Assembly: GCA_027604505.1 (NCBI GenBank) | Contig: JADIIX010000148.1 | Coordinates: 1-53,620 of the forward strand | Source of the DNA: Gonapodya sp. JEL0774 | Lineage: Eukaryota | DNA length: 53,620 bases | Direction of reading: 5' to 3' | Shown here: in pieces, positions 34,980 through 47,429 of the stretch | Layout of the letters: the number at the start of each line of letters is the position of its first letter | How positions within the stretch are numbered: the first letter of the stretch is position 1 | Position numbers and translations under genes: made by a program | Notes under the pieces: generated by a model | Database searches by the model: none | What the model saw: only the letters and a program-made list of their open reading frames with translations | Told to the model about the DNA's origin: nothing

Positions 34980-35530
34980 TGGTTTCTAGTTCTGTTTTCA
35001 GCACCCACCCCGCCGACGACAAACAAACCTCGCTGGCTTCATCGTTTCCACGACAAGAGCGCTGCGACTCCAGGCCACCCTCGGGGTTCTTCAGGGGACA
35101 TGATGGCCGATCTGAACACAGTGCAAAACGAACGGAGAACAGATTGGTGAGCTCTTCCGCGGCCGGTTTGGTGGATGGGGTTTTGGGTGCGGGCTGGCTG
35201 TTAAGTGGATGACGTGGACATGGCCCATGACCACCGCATCATCCCACGACATATCCTCCCTACCTTGCAGATCATCCCTCTCCCAGAACCCCACTCGATC
35301 GTCCAAGTATACTACGCTTGGCTTACTTGCCATCCTGTGTCGTCCTTTGATGCTCTCTATCCTGAGTCGCCGGCGTGTGCTGTCCTTTGCGGACGAGTAC
35401 GGACGTCCCCACGGCTCACAAAGGGCATCCAGCAGTACTTCGTGGGGAGACACACACAACCCGCTTTCAGCTCTGGAACTCTTGGTGCTTGCGGATCGGT
35501 ACAGGACGAAGTGGGTTGGAAGAGAGAGTG
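34980..35530 (+). pseudogene. degenerate BTB/POZ-domain gene
   Basis: Fragments SGFFR/DMMADL, IIPLPEPHSIVQVYYAWL, VLSFADEYG, LTKGIQQYF and LSALELLVLADRY alternate between frames (several frameshifts). Lies next to an assembly gap. Confidence 0.55.
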
Positions 35531-35551
35531 ATGGACAGGGCGGTGGAGAGT

Positions 35552-35732
35552 GTGGGGGGAGGGGGGGGGGGGGGGGGGGACCCCAAGCATGATATGGTGT
35601 CAGCTGTCATCAGAAACCCTGGTACGGNNNNNNNNNNGCGCCCCCCCCCGGCCCGCGCCGCGCCGGGCGCCCCCCCCCGCCCCGCCCCCCCCCCCCGCCC
35701 CGGGCGCCGCCCCCGCCCCCCCCCCCCCCCCC
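35552..35732. other. assembly gap (10 N at 35628-35637) flanked by poly-G and poly-C low-quality sequence
   Basis: N run with long G and C homopolymers. Confidence 0.9.
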
Positions 35733-37344
35733 GACGACAAGGAGTCTCTTGGTTCAGCTGTCGTCTGAAACGCTGGTTCGGTTGTTGAACGCAAAAAAGT
35801 GGAGGAGCTCAAAGTGAACCGAATGGAGGCCGGCGATGAGCCGCACAGAGTTGGTCACAAAGCTTTTCAAGCGCCGCATGGGTGTTCACACATTCATACA
35901 AAGGTCTCCTCAAGCAGAAACCCCGAAACCTTTGGCTTTCGCTACAGCGTTTATTCTGTAGATTGTCCCGGTTGTGGTATGCTCTGGTTTCAGATGATGT
36001 GTAGCAGGGACACGCTCAACTCGTGGGAGGAACACAGCAGAACATGTGTTAAGTCCAAGGGGAAGGAGATGGGAATCCTACTTTGAAACATTCTTGGTCT
36101 CGTTGTTTGTGCAATATGTAGCTGACCTGTTCGCTGGGAATGAAGGTTTCAATACAGTATGACTCTCTTCATTGGCCGTTTCAAGTCTTGTTCGACAACT
36201 GGCACGAGTCACGAACAACACATGGACTCCCTTTGCTTCGGTAGGTCTCTTTCGCACACCTCTATTTCGTATCTCTATTTGAATCACGTTCGGGGTCGAT
36301 TACAGGTCAAGAGCTTCGTGATTCGTCATAGTTCTTGATCTCGGCCAAGCATATATGCATGGAAATGAAAATCCATCAGTACAGGGTTGGGTACTGACTA
36401 CCTAAATGGGAGAAGATCTTGATGGTCAAAAGACAAGCTTATAAAAATATCGAACGGTCATCGCCCAGAGATTCGTAGCATCGTATTGACGAGAGACTCA
36501 GTCATACCATTGATCTCACATGCCGCAATGAAAGAGAAAAAACACTTCGGGCTTGTGTTGCTTCCGCAAGCATTTTTCGTTCTTCGTTCCGATTGCCGGG
36601 CCGACGGCACAACATCCACATTCCGGAACGACGGTCACGGTGACGACATGCCGCTTCCAAGGCATGACATGTGACATGCCAGACGAACCTGGGTGCCTGA
36701 TTGAGAAACATGCACGGTTCGGGACGGGTTATGAGCCGAGGGACGGATATGTAATATGTATTTGCGTGGTGCGGTTGTCTATCAAGGAGGATCAAGGCTT
36801 CCAGATTGGTGGTGATATGGACAGGATGGGATTTTGGATTGGTTTCGTAAACATTTGCACGAATGTTTCCGAGTCGAAATGTCAAACAGGCAGAGCAAAC
36901 TAAGAATCAAAATTTAATAATTGAATTCAAATTTTCTCTTTCCACGCAGCCACACTGTTCCAAATATGGCAGGTATTATTATTGACATTGGACGCCCTTT
37001 GGACATGACCATGCAACGCTGGACTGGTCCAGAAAACAGCAGAAAACAAAGGGAAACATGAGCACGCAAACACTGGCGCTTGGTTCCCTGTACCTGTACG
37101 TTGCTTTGATTACTTTTACGTGTTGTAATACATTCAAGTAAAGTAAGGTTGACATGGGGGGGCTTCCACCGATGGGCTTGCTAAAGGTTGGCTTGCACAA
37201 ACCTTCCTTTTCAGGCCGTGCAGGGATGCAATGACCCTGAGGTGTTGACTTTACCAGGAGCAAGCCCAGCGGAAGGAAACTCTTGACATCTGATTTGATT
37301 CGAATCTCCCCTTTCACGCACACATAAAAGAAAGAAAAGGAGAG

Positions 37345-38909
37345 ATGGAGCAGCCTCAGTTGGAAACCCAACTCGCAACAGGCGCATCAAGACACCACGC
37401 CAACTCGCTTCCCACTCACCACTCCCCCTCAATGTTCCCTTCCATCGCAGCCGCTGCCACCCCATCCCCACTATCCGCTCTCGACGCTAAAACCCACGAG
37501 GGTCTTCTTCCCGCTGATGCCCACTCTCCCAACACCCTCCAGGACCCACCAATGGCCGCCGTCAAAGTTCCCAGACGCCGCCTGCTGGCTCTCGTCGCAG
37601 GTGTCGCAGCCGCTGTCGCTATCGCAGTCGCCATCTCCGTAGGCGTGGTCGTGTCCAGGAGGAACAACGATGCAGCGGTGTCGGCCGGTGATGCCGCGAG
37701 GGCGGTCTCTGCGTCGGGCCAAGACGCTGTCGTGCCGGTCAGCGTGCAAGCCCAGGGAGCCGCTGTCACACTCGCCGTGCAAATTTCCACGACCACGGCT
37801 GCTCCTCTGGCCGCCACCTACACAACCACGACATCTCGTACTCCGAACGCGACGGTTGCGTCCGCCATCGGTGCCGCAACAACATCGGCACCTCCGGTCA
37901 TCGAGTACGCAGCGAGGCGCACCGTCACGTCTCCTGCAGCTGCAGCACCGGCACCGGCACAGCGAACGACAACTCGAGCCGTCTCACCTCAGGTCCAGCC
38001 CTCTCCGCCTCCTCCCCCACCTCCCCCACCTCCCCCACCTCCGCCTCCGCCTCCCGCGCCGGCTCCTCCCCCTCCTCGTCCTTCGCCTCCGCCCCGTGAG
38101 TTTGGATTTAGTTGTTTTGGTGGTTTGAACTTCATCTTCTGACCATTGTGTCATGCTCGATTAGCCCCTCCTCCACCCCCTCCTCCTCCACCGCCAACCG
38201 GCGGCTCTGGCCAGTACTCTGGCCAACTCACGTACTACTACCCTGCGGTGAGTGTCGCGTTTGTGTTTTCGTTGTGGTTCTGCGTTTCCGTTCGGACACA
38301 AAGAGTTTGTCTGACACCGCGCTTCACGTCTGTTTTTTGTCCCTCTCTCTCGCTTCTCTTTTATTTCTCCTTCCTAGGGCGGCCTCGGCTCGTGCGGTGC
38401 CCCCATCGGCGACTACGACAACGCGGTTGCTATCGTAAGTCTTGTCGCGTGTCGACATCGACACTTCCATCTCAACCCGCCCTCTCATTCCCCAACTCAC
38501 CTCATGCTCCCACCCCCATCTCCCTCTGGCCCTTCCCCCCCCCACCCCCCCCACCCCGCCCACAAGAACGTTGCCCAATCCTCCAGCAACGGCAACTGCG
38601 GCCGCACGGTGTGCATCTACTACCAGGGCCGGATGACGACCAGCGTTGTCCGTGACATGTGTCCCGGGTGCGCGTACGGGGACTTGGACGCCACTGTCAC
38701 GGTGTGGAACAATCTGGGAATCAGTTTGGGAGTCGGGAGGGCGAATGGGATGAGCGTGAGTTGTTTGTCTATTTAAGTTTTATTTTTGAGGGGATTGGGG
38801 GGGTGGGGTGGTTTTTGGCTGTTGGAAGGGCGGGGGGGATTGTCGCGGTCGAGTATGTGCTCATTGTAATTCGGTTTCGTTCCGCCACCACCAGTGGTCC
38901 TTCTGTTAG
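37345..38909 (+). CDS. membrane-anchored expansin-like / RlpA double-psi beta-barrel (loosenin-like) protein
   Basis: TM LLALVAGVAAAVAIAVAISVGVVVS after RRR; Thr/Ala and poly-Pro stalk. Spliced C-terminal domain YSGQLTYYYPA|GGLGSCGAPIGDYDNAVAI|NVAQSSSNGNCGRTVCIYYQGRMTTSVVRDMCPGCAYGDLDATVTVWNNLGISLGVGRANGMS|WSFC*. Confidence 0.85.
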
Positions 38910-39611
38910 CCCTCGGTATCTTCGTTCTCGTCTCTGTGCCACTCCAATTTTGTCCTCCTCGATGTAATACACCCACCCCCCGGCCCCGGCCCACTCGGCC
39001 ACTTTCCCCATTGAAAACCCCATTTCATTTTCTGCATCTGCACTCAGACCTTTGTTCCCTCCACTCGCAACCCTTTTGCACCATATGTAGAACACCTAAC
39101 CCATCCTCGTAGAACACGAAAACGTCACCTCCCTCCCCGGCGGAGTGGTGGCGTCGGTTTTCACATCCCCATTTGTTTCATAGTTTGTAATCTCACTGTC
39201 TCGTCTGTGGCGAGACGGTAGGTGGGGAATCAGTGTAGATTGGTCAGGATAGAAAAAATAGAACATTTTTTGGACACGGGCCTGATATTTGAGCTGGGAA
39301 ACAAAGTTTACAGTTTTTTGCCTGTTTCAGCAGCAGGCATAAGCTAATATTTCGGCGCCAACGAAGTCTCTTCCGGGTAGTGCGCGTTCTTGGATCTTGG
39401 AAAACACGTGTGCAGGTGGTGCGGATGGGGCCGTCGGCACAAGTGGAACAACCGGCTGTATGTATCGGGTCCCCGCCACCTCAACTCCCTCCAACGTGCT
39501 TCTTGCTGACGTTATTCCCCACACGGATCCCGCGTGGACCCCGCGTCCACTTTTATTTATTTATTTTATTCCCCTCCCCCTTTCCCTTCCCTCCCAACTC
39601 GGATCCGTCCG

Positions 39612-42600
39612 ATGTCGCACGCTGATGGCGTCTCTGCCCCTCCGGGCGACCCAGACACCCGACGACCCTCCACAACTCCCGCATCCACAGTCCCCGCCGC
39701 CCACGCAACCATCGACATCACTCCACCCGCACCCGCTCCCGCACCCGCACCCGCTCCCCCACCCGCACCCGCACCCGCCCACCCTCCATCCGACGACTTG
39801 GCCGACGAAGTCCGCGCCTTGTGGGCCCGCGGGGCAAAACTGGCCTCCCAAGCGGCCCCCGCGGCAGAAGACCGTGACGGAGGCATATGGAACCGGCACA
39901 GCATGGGGTCCCTGGGGAGGATGATCGGACTGGCTTCGAGGAATGGTGGGAACGGTGGTGGTGGGGGCACTGGGCCCAGCGGGTTGAGCGTGGAGGTGGT
40001 GCGCGGGGGCATGGGCATGGGGGTAGACGAGGTGCAGATCGTAAAGGGGGACGAGTTCGGACATTATTTCAAGAACTGGGCAGTGACTTTTTTCAGGTTC
40101 TTTCATGGGGTGAGTGGAGTCGCCGTTTGTGTGTGGAGGGAGTCAAGAGAGCGACTGGTGGATGATTAAGTACCTGCTGCTCATACGAACCCCTCGACGA
40201 CCACCCGGCACCCGGGGAACACAGTACCTCTACCTCGTCGCGTTCGCACTCGTCGTCAGTATCGGCGTCAACTTCCAACTCTCTGTGTTCTTCACCTTGT
40301 TTTCAAACACAGCGAGTAACGCTAATTACGCCGGAGTCATGGTGGGTAACCGACTACCGCTGTCCAAAACCGCGAACCACACCTCTGTCCGGCCCTGGTC
40401 CCTGACACGCCCCCATGTCCCACACCCCCCCCTTCCCCCCCCCACCCCCCCCCCCCAAGGCCCGTCTCTCCCTGGCTCTCCTCTTTGGCGTCGTCATCTC
40501 CGTCATCGCGACCATCGTCTGGCGCCATTTTTCAAACTCCATCGCCGGTGTCGGCACCCTCACGCTCCGCAAAACCCCAGCTGCCGTAGACGACTACCTC
40601 GTCAACGGGCCCGCAGACTCGGCCGCAGGTGGAGTGGCGCCGGTGGGGGCCAGCCGGTCGACCGCCACCAACACCGCTTCCGGAACCTCTGCGGCTGGTC
40701 CGCACGCGATCCCGCTGTGGCTGCAGGGTGTCGTCGACCTAGCAGTTCAGATCATCGGGGCATTTGCGCTGGATATCATGCCCATAATGATGGCGGTGCT
40801 GTATCACAGATCCAACGTTTACGAGTGAGTCGTTCGTGAAGACATAGGTGCTTCCGAACTTCTGACCCCACCCGTCCACTCCAACACACCCACCCACAAA
40901 AACGTTCCACCCCAGCTTCCTTGCCGGCTGGCTCCAATGGGCCATCCTCGGCGCCCTCTTCGTCTCCCTCTTCTACTCCCTCGCCGAGGCCACCAACGTC
41001 GTCTCCCAAACCCTGGTCAACATCGCCACGGCCTTCGCGTCCACCCGCGGACAACCCTTCTTCTCCCGCGTCCGCCTCATCCTCGCCGCGAGATCCTCCC
41101 GCGTGTCCACCCTGCACAACTTTGTCGCCGCACACGGGTTCCGCCTGCTCAAGACCGGCGCCACCTACATCACTTCGAGGTCAGCGAAGCTCTGGCTGGG
41201 ATACCGGTTCATCGAACGGTGGTACTATCTCGGGTGGCTGCTTATCGCGGCGTCGGGCTTGTTCGTGGTGGAGGCCGCGCTCTTCGTCAGGGCCATCGTC
41301 CTCAGCGGCCAGACTGGGTCGAGCCTGCTGTCGTCCGATACGGCACCCTTGCCGACAGCGTACGCGCCGACCATGTTGTTCCTGGCGTCTATTTGCCACG
41401 CATGGTGAGGTCAATGTAGTCTCTGACTGAGCATGTGTTGTGGAGTTTTACCTCAATGTTTTCATCCGCTCCCATCTCGCCGTCCAAAACCCCATCCACC
41501 AGGGGCTGGCTCCGCCCCTGGGCGAAAATCGCCGAGCACTACCGCACTGCTCCGTCCAGAAAGCATGCCCGCGAGCTTCCCGAATCCACCCTCTCCAACC
41601 TCGACCTCTCTCGATCCCCGGAACCTTTCTCCTCCACCACCACGCTCTCCCGCGACGGAACCGCCGCCCCAGCGGCCGCCACGAGCAGCGCACCCAAGTA
41701 CACCCGTGCACTTGCGGTGAAGGGTGGCCCGAGGGAGCTCGAGCCCTTGACGGGCGCGGAGATCGAGGAGCGGTTCGTGACGTACGTCATGTTCGACGGG
41801 AAGTGGAACTCGTGGATATCGGGGGTTTACATCGGCTTGTTGCTGGTCGATGTGGTGCTGGCGGGGGTGGCGTTGAGCAAGATGGACACGGACGGGTACA
41901 ACACATACGTGTTGGTTCTGACGCTCCGTGAGTTGTTCCCGTCATTATCACTTGGGCGGTCACGTGGCACGTTTTATCGGAAAAATCCATCGTCGTAGTG
42001 TTTGTCCTCCCGTATCTCCTCAACCTCGCCGCGTATTCCTTCATCGTGACTCGCGCCACCCTGGAAGCGGCCAAACGCGCGGGGAATCCCGAGGCGCCCC
42101 TTCGCCGGTTTTACTTCTTCAACAGATGGATCGGCAGTGTGTTCTTCATCGTGTTGCCTCTTGCGGCCATCGTTTTTGGACTGGTTTGGTGGGTCAAGAA
42201 ATTTTGAATGGTAAACTATGCCGTCATAGTTTGGTTAATCTATCGCCCGAAAAAAAAAAGGTATATCATCCAGTACGGAAGTGTCGGCACGAAAGTCGGC
42301 ACAGTACTCTCTGCCATCATCTACATCGTTTTGGCGTTACTTCTCATTGTCTTCCTTACCCATGTGGATGGATTCCCGACCACAATTTTCCTTGGGGTTA
42401 GTGTCACCTAGACAATCTCCGCGACGGTCGCTTTTCTAACTAGTCACGTTCTAGGTGTACGGTATCCTCTTCCTCCTCTTTATCCTCATCTTCATCACCG
42501 CCGCAACATTCACGAGCGGTAGCGTGCCAAACGAAGCGTACGCGGGATTTATCGCGTCCTTTAGCGTGAAAGCACTGAAAGTGAAGCCGGGAGATGTGTC

Positions 42601-43878
42601 ATTCGGGAGTGGTTCTGGATACAGGACAGGACCGCCGGTGAGTCTTTAATTTGTTGCACTCCTCCAGTATGAAGCCTCCCGCTCACCTTCACGCCCCCTC
42701 GTACCTGCTTGCAATTGCTCAAGGGTGTTTGTGGGATCGACGTTGCGAACCTGAGCGTGGTTGATTACGTGAGTTTCTGCAGGTTGAGCATTGACATTAC
42801 TGGAACGGAGCTCTGACCTTAGCCACATACTCCCCTGCGTAGGCCATGATGGCCATGACTGCGTACGACAACCGGGAGAACGTCTCGCGGGATCTGTCGA
42901 CGTGGATGGGTTCCGATTGGGTGGTCAATCACTACAACTCCAAGTGAGTTATCCAGTTTCCACGAAAACAAGATCCAAATGCAAGACACTGATGCCTTGC
43001 GTTTCCTTCAATGTTTCCGACAGTCCGCTACTGAACTTTTATGAGTTTCGCAGCCCCTCACGCAACCTCTCGGTGATCGCTGTCCGGGGAACGTATTCGT
43101 TGACGGATATTCTCACAGATATGGACTTGTGGTCCGAGTCAGCACTCCTCCAAGTGTCGGATTTCTTGCTGCCCACAGTGAGGATATGGCCCGTTGAGTT
43201 CACTCAGAACTTGGTGGACATTGGCAGTATGACTTCGTGGTATGTGGTCTCGTTCCCCGTTCCGCTTGGCTGGGTTGCTCACCAAGTCGTGCTGGGTACC
43301 CCCATATCTGAACGATATGACCACGAACAGGCTCAATGTCACGGAGTTCAAGTTCCAAAATATTACCAACCACGTCAGGTCTATCCTCCAGAACGCCACT
43401 CTAGAGGGTCGAGAACATGACGTGGTGCTCACTGGCCATTCCCTCGGCGGTGGACTTGCTTCTATTGTGGCTGCGCAAGCCGGAGTGCGGTCTGTGGTGT
43501 TCTCACCGCCTGGAATCCTGTTCTCTGCAAAGGTGAGCGACATTAACCATACCAATGAAACGAGATATCACACGCTGAGCTGGTGCCTTTTTCTCGCAGA
43601 AATTCGGCATCTCGCAAGAGCGGACGGATACATTGGCAGCATCGCTCACGTCCATCGTCGTCGACAAAGATGTGGTCTCAAAAGTTGACGACGTTCCTGG
43701 CGCTGTATTCCACGTGCCATGCGACGAGACGTTCATCTCCTGCCATTCGCTGGTACGGACGACCGCGATGCTCCAGAGTTGGTGTGGGGACACGGGCAGA
43801 TTTATGTACTTGTCGGGGTACTGTGACTACCTGGAGAAGTTTGGTGGAGGGAACTGCACTGCTGCGATGCGAAGATGA
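39612..43878 (+). CDS. multi-pass membrane protein with a C-terminal class-3 lipase domain
   Basis: Many hydrophobic exons between 40165 and 42580, then lipase motifs SVIAVRGTYSLTDILTDMDLW, VVLTGHSLGGGLASIV (Ser), VVFSPPG, DKDVVSKVD (Asp), SCHS (His); stop at 43876-43878. Confidence 0.85.
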
Positions 43879-44892
43879 TGCGAAAAAAATCCCTTGCATG
43901 GATCGAAAGATATTTATTGTCTGACGAAATGGATGTTTTGTGGCACATCAGCCTCTACGTATTTATGGCAGAAGTTGGTTCTATCTTGAATCACATATCT
44001 CAATATAGAATCCTCGGCGAATGATTACTAATGTATATGGATCTCTCAATTTCGCATTGTATCTTTTACTAACTAGAACATATTCACGGACGACGGACCA
44101 TCCACAAACAGCGGTACAGTTCCGTCTGAACCCATAAGCTATGATGTATAAATACTAGTAAAAGAAAGGTTTTGGGTTTCCAGCATAAAAGAAGATCCAG
44201 AAAAGCTGAGCACGTCACGTTCAAACCTTCTTTCCAACCCCGATCGATGGGTATGGTAAGGAGCCTTTGAATGCGATAAAAGAGATACGTGAGCACGAAT
44301 GGAGTCAAGGACGCAAAGCCACGATGCTCCCGAGAGCTGCCAATTGAGCGCGCAGCATTTCTTGACTCTTGTAGACGCCTGAACTGTTTTGCACGGCATT
44401 GGGCGTGGTTCAAATATGGCTTCAAACAACATCGTCACAGCCTCTCTTTTGATAATCACTGCTCTTTTATGTATAATAGTTTGGACAAAATATCCTGAAT
44501 TATTTCCCCATAACGGCCGGTTTGCCGTAATCGAAAGCACTTCTTCTTTCGACTTCTGATAATAGCGGACAACACGGAGTCGTCGCAGTGGCCGGAAAAG
44601 TGAATTTCGACTGAAACTCAGATTTTATGTTGTGTTTACGGGTCGCCTAAATTTCGGAATCCGATCGAACACCATGGACCTCGGACTTTCGAAACCTTTC
44701 TCAGAAACGAAATATCTCAGCTTGGGAAACAACACAGACCTTTGCATTTCCAGTGAAACCTCAATTGTCTACAGAAGGGACTTTAAGCTCTCCCGGTGAG
44801 TGCCACATACCCTGTCTTCGCCTTTCTGATGCGAATCCGAACCACTTTTAAGTTGACCTGACCCACCAAACCGTTGATAACAGGTATCTAAC

Positions 44893-46908
44893 ATGACTTC
44901 AAACTCATCGAGTCAGTCGTCTCCGCCGGAGTCTCCGTCCATTCCAGCAACGCGACCGGGAAACTCTGGTGACTCGGCTGGTCGGACCAATTCGGTCATT
45001 CCCGCACCACCCCATCTGTCAATCCCATCGCAAATCAGTCTCTCATCGGCGACTCCAGTTACGCCACCTTCTTCTCTTCCGCCTTCACCCACCGGAACTC
45101 CCAGCATGGGATCGGGTCCAGGACTGCTCCAGAGAATGCGAATACCAATTCTAGTGGATCTGCTACCTTCCCCGGACGGAAGATCGTTCATCGTATCTCC
45201 CCCGTACGTATACGAGAGAAATACTGGGAGCAGTCGAGAGACCTACCAAATGCCCCCATTGATGTTAACACCGGCTGCTCATCGCAGGTACACTTACGTT
45301 CCACTCGCCATTGCTGGTAATGGGCGTACTCAACCACCCCAACAAACTGTGCCTGATGATTCTCAACCGCGAGTGGTCATTTCTACTCCGACTAGCACTT
45401 CCGCTCGGCCTCCTTCGCCTGTGATTTCACCGGGCAGCCCCGCAACATCCGCTGCAATCCACCCTGAGCCCGGCTCCCCCCACACCAGCACCGCCACTCC
45501 TCCTCCTCCCGCCATTCCCAATTCTACCTCATTCGGGATGACCTTCATCCCTGTGTTTTTCGGGCCACCCATCGGAGGTGGCAACGGACACCAACTCGCG
45601 TCCGCTCCAACGGCAGAAGCAGCTGGAACCACTGAGCCTGTCTCGAATGCTTCAATGGATGGTTCACAGACGAATTTCCACACACCATCTACGACTGACG
45701 AGACATCGACCTCCGCTGCATCTGAGCCCACACCGATGGATGTTGGTGGCGACGGTAGCTTTGCTGAGCCACAAACCTCGACTCAAATTACCACCTCAGA
45801 TTCCTCACTCCCTCCACCGCCAACCTCACCACCGGCAAGTGGCCCGTCACACGCCACACCGCTTACCCGGCCATCCGCCTCGGCCACCCATCACCCTCGT
45901 CACACTCTGAACTTCCCCTTTGTTCCGCTCTCGCCAACCTCTGGTCTCGTTTACGATCCGACCACTGGCGTTCTCTATCACATTGCATTCCCTTCTCAAC
46001 CCAGTCAAGCTCAACCTGAATCTCAAGCCCAGCCAGCCGCCTCCCCTTCTTCCATCTCCTCACTTCCAACTATCTCTCACCTCACACATCAAACGCTCTC
46101 TCTCCAACCCCACTGCCCAATATGCCTCGACTCGTTCCGACGGGGTGATCAATCTCTTTCGGGAGGACACTCTGTTGTGGCCCTACCGTGCAAGCATATC
46201 TTCCACCGCGGTTGCGCTGAAGAATGGTTGGGCAGATGCAACGCCTGTCCGGTATGCCGATGGGAGATGAAGACGGGCATAGATGCGTACGATCTTGGGG
46301 TTAACGAGAGGAATAGCAAGAGGATGGAGGGGTGGAGGAAGACAGCCGCGGGGGAGACTGCAGACTTACGAGTAGGCGACGGAGTCCAGGAGCATCGTAA
46401 GGAGATTGGATGGGCCGACGTTACCTATGAGACTATCGCCACTCCCTCTTCCGGTGCCCTCGAGTATCTCGCGTCGGCACCGACACATTCATCTCCCACC
46501 CCTCCGCTCGCCGGCACTCCATCGTCTCAACTTGTCGCGACCAACCGCTCCCCCTCCATACGCATACACGCAGCGCCATCGTGCTCACTCGAAAAGTTGG
46601 GGACGTGTCTTTGCGCCCCGGCACCGGTCGGTGATAGCGACATGGCCATGGATGACCTGGACTCGGTGGCACCAGATCCCAATGTGCGGATATGTGGGTG
46701 CGAGCACGTATTCCACTCGCAGTGTCTTGCGGCTGCATTGAGGGTCCGCGGATTCAGTGAAGAAGCTGACGCACTCGAGAAGCCCGGTGCTGAACGCAAT
46801 GATCTGAGTGTGCGGTGCCCGGTCTGCAGGAAGAACGGCACGGTTGCTGAGGTGGAGAAAGTGGTTCTCGGTGTTCAAGAAGATGATTTGGGAGTGGTGG
46901 CGGCGTGA
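44893..46908 (+). CDS. RING-finger E3 ligase-like protein: RING-H2, a second RING-like domain and a disordered N-terminus
   Basis: 671-aa ORF; CPICLDSF..LPCKHIFHRGCAEEWLGRCNACPVCR and CSLEKLGTC..CGCEHVFHSQCL..CPVCRK; probable 5' UTR intron at about 44796-44883. Confidence 0.88.
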   Translation: MTSNSSSQSSPPESPSIPATRPGNSGDSAGRTNSVIPAPPHLSIPSQISLSSATPVTPPSSLPPSPTGTPSMGSGPGLLQRMRIPILVDLLPSPDGRSFIVSPPYVYERNTGSSRETYQMPPLMLTPAAHRRYTYVPLAIAGNGRTQPPQQTVPDDSQPRVVISTPTSTSARPPSPVISPGSPATSAAIHPEPGSPHTSTATPPPPAIPNSTSFGMTFIPVFFGPPIGGGNGHQLASAPTAEAAGTTEPVSNASMDGSQTNFHTPSTTDETSTSAASEPTPMDVGGDGSFAEPQTSTQITTSDSSLPPPPTSPPASGPSHATPLTRPSASATHHPRHTLNFPFVPLSPTSGLVYDPTTGVLYHIAFPSQPSQAQPESQAQPAASPSSISSLPTISHLTHQTLSLQPHCPICLDSFRRGDQSLSGGHSVVALPCKHIFHRGCAEEWLGRCNACPVCRWEMKTGIDAYDLGVNERNSKRMEGWRKTAAGETADLRVGDGVQEHRKEIGWADVTYETIATPSSGALEYLASAPTHSSPTPPLAGTPSSQLVATNRSPSIRIHAAPSCSLEKLGTCLCAPAPVGDSDMAMDDLDSVAPDPNVRICGCEHVFHSQCLAAALRVRGFSEEADALEKPGAERNDLSVRCPVCRKNGTVAEVEKVVLGVQEDDLGVVAA

Positions 46909-47429
46909 TAGGGCGAACACGAACAGCGATTCAAGTGGAGTTGAGCACAAAGTTTTCAGTCGTTTGGATTGACTTTCTCTTTGATATAGATATGATATGC
47001 ATATAAAGATCATCAATTGTAACTGCGTAATTGGCAATGAAGGACTCGGGAGGGTGAAATGAGCAATTACTGCGGGTGAGACCGATCAATGACGGAAGAA
47101 TCGGACGAACCGGCATTTGGCGCGGCACTAGCGATGTACAGAGTGCTACTTCTAAAGTCCACGAGACGCGATATCATGACAGGCGGGCGATATTATTAGC
47201 TATGATGACACGTCAAGCCCCAGTGAACATTCGTTTTGAGAATTACAGTAATTAATTATGCTTTTCGATGCAACATACATAAAGTACAAGATTTTCCGAC
47301 TATCTCTGTAACAAGTCGTCAGTTGAATGGCAATCTCCCAATGATAATAATTACTCGTTATAATTATGCAAAGTCAAGCACACATTACCACCACTCAAAA
47401 CGTCCTCCGCCCAGGAATGGCACCCTCGC

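Noticed and set aside
35375..35812. Pro/Gly-rich ORFs and G/C runs suggesting a repeat or G-quadruplex element
   Set aside because: They span an N gap and homopolymers typical of low-quality contig ends.
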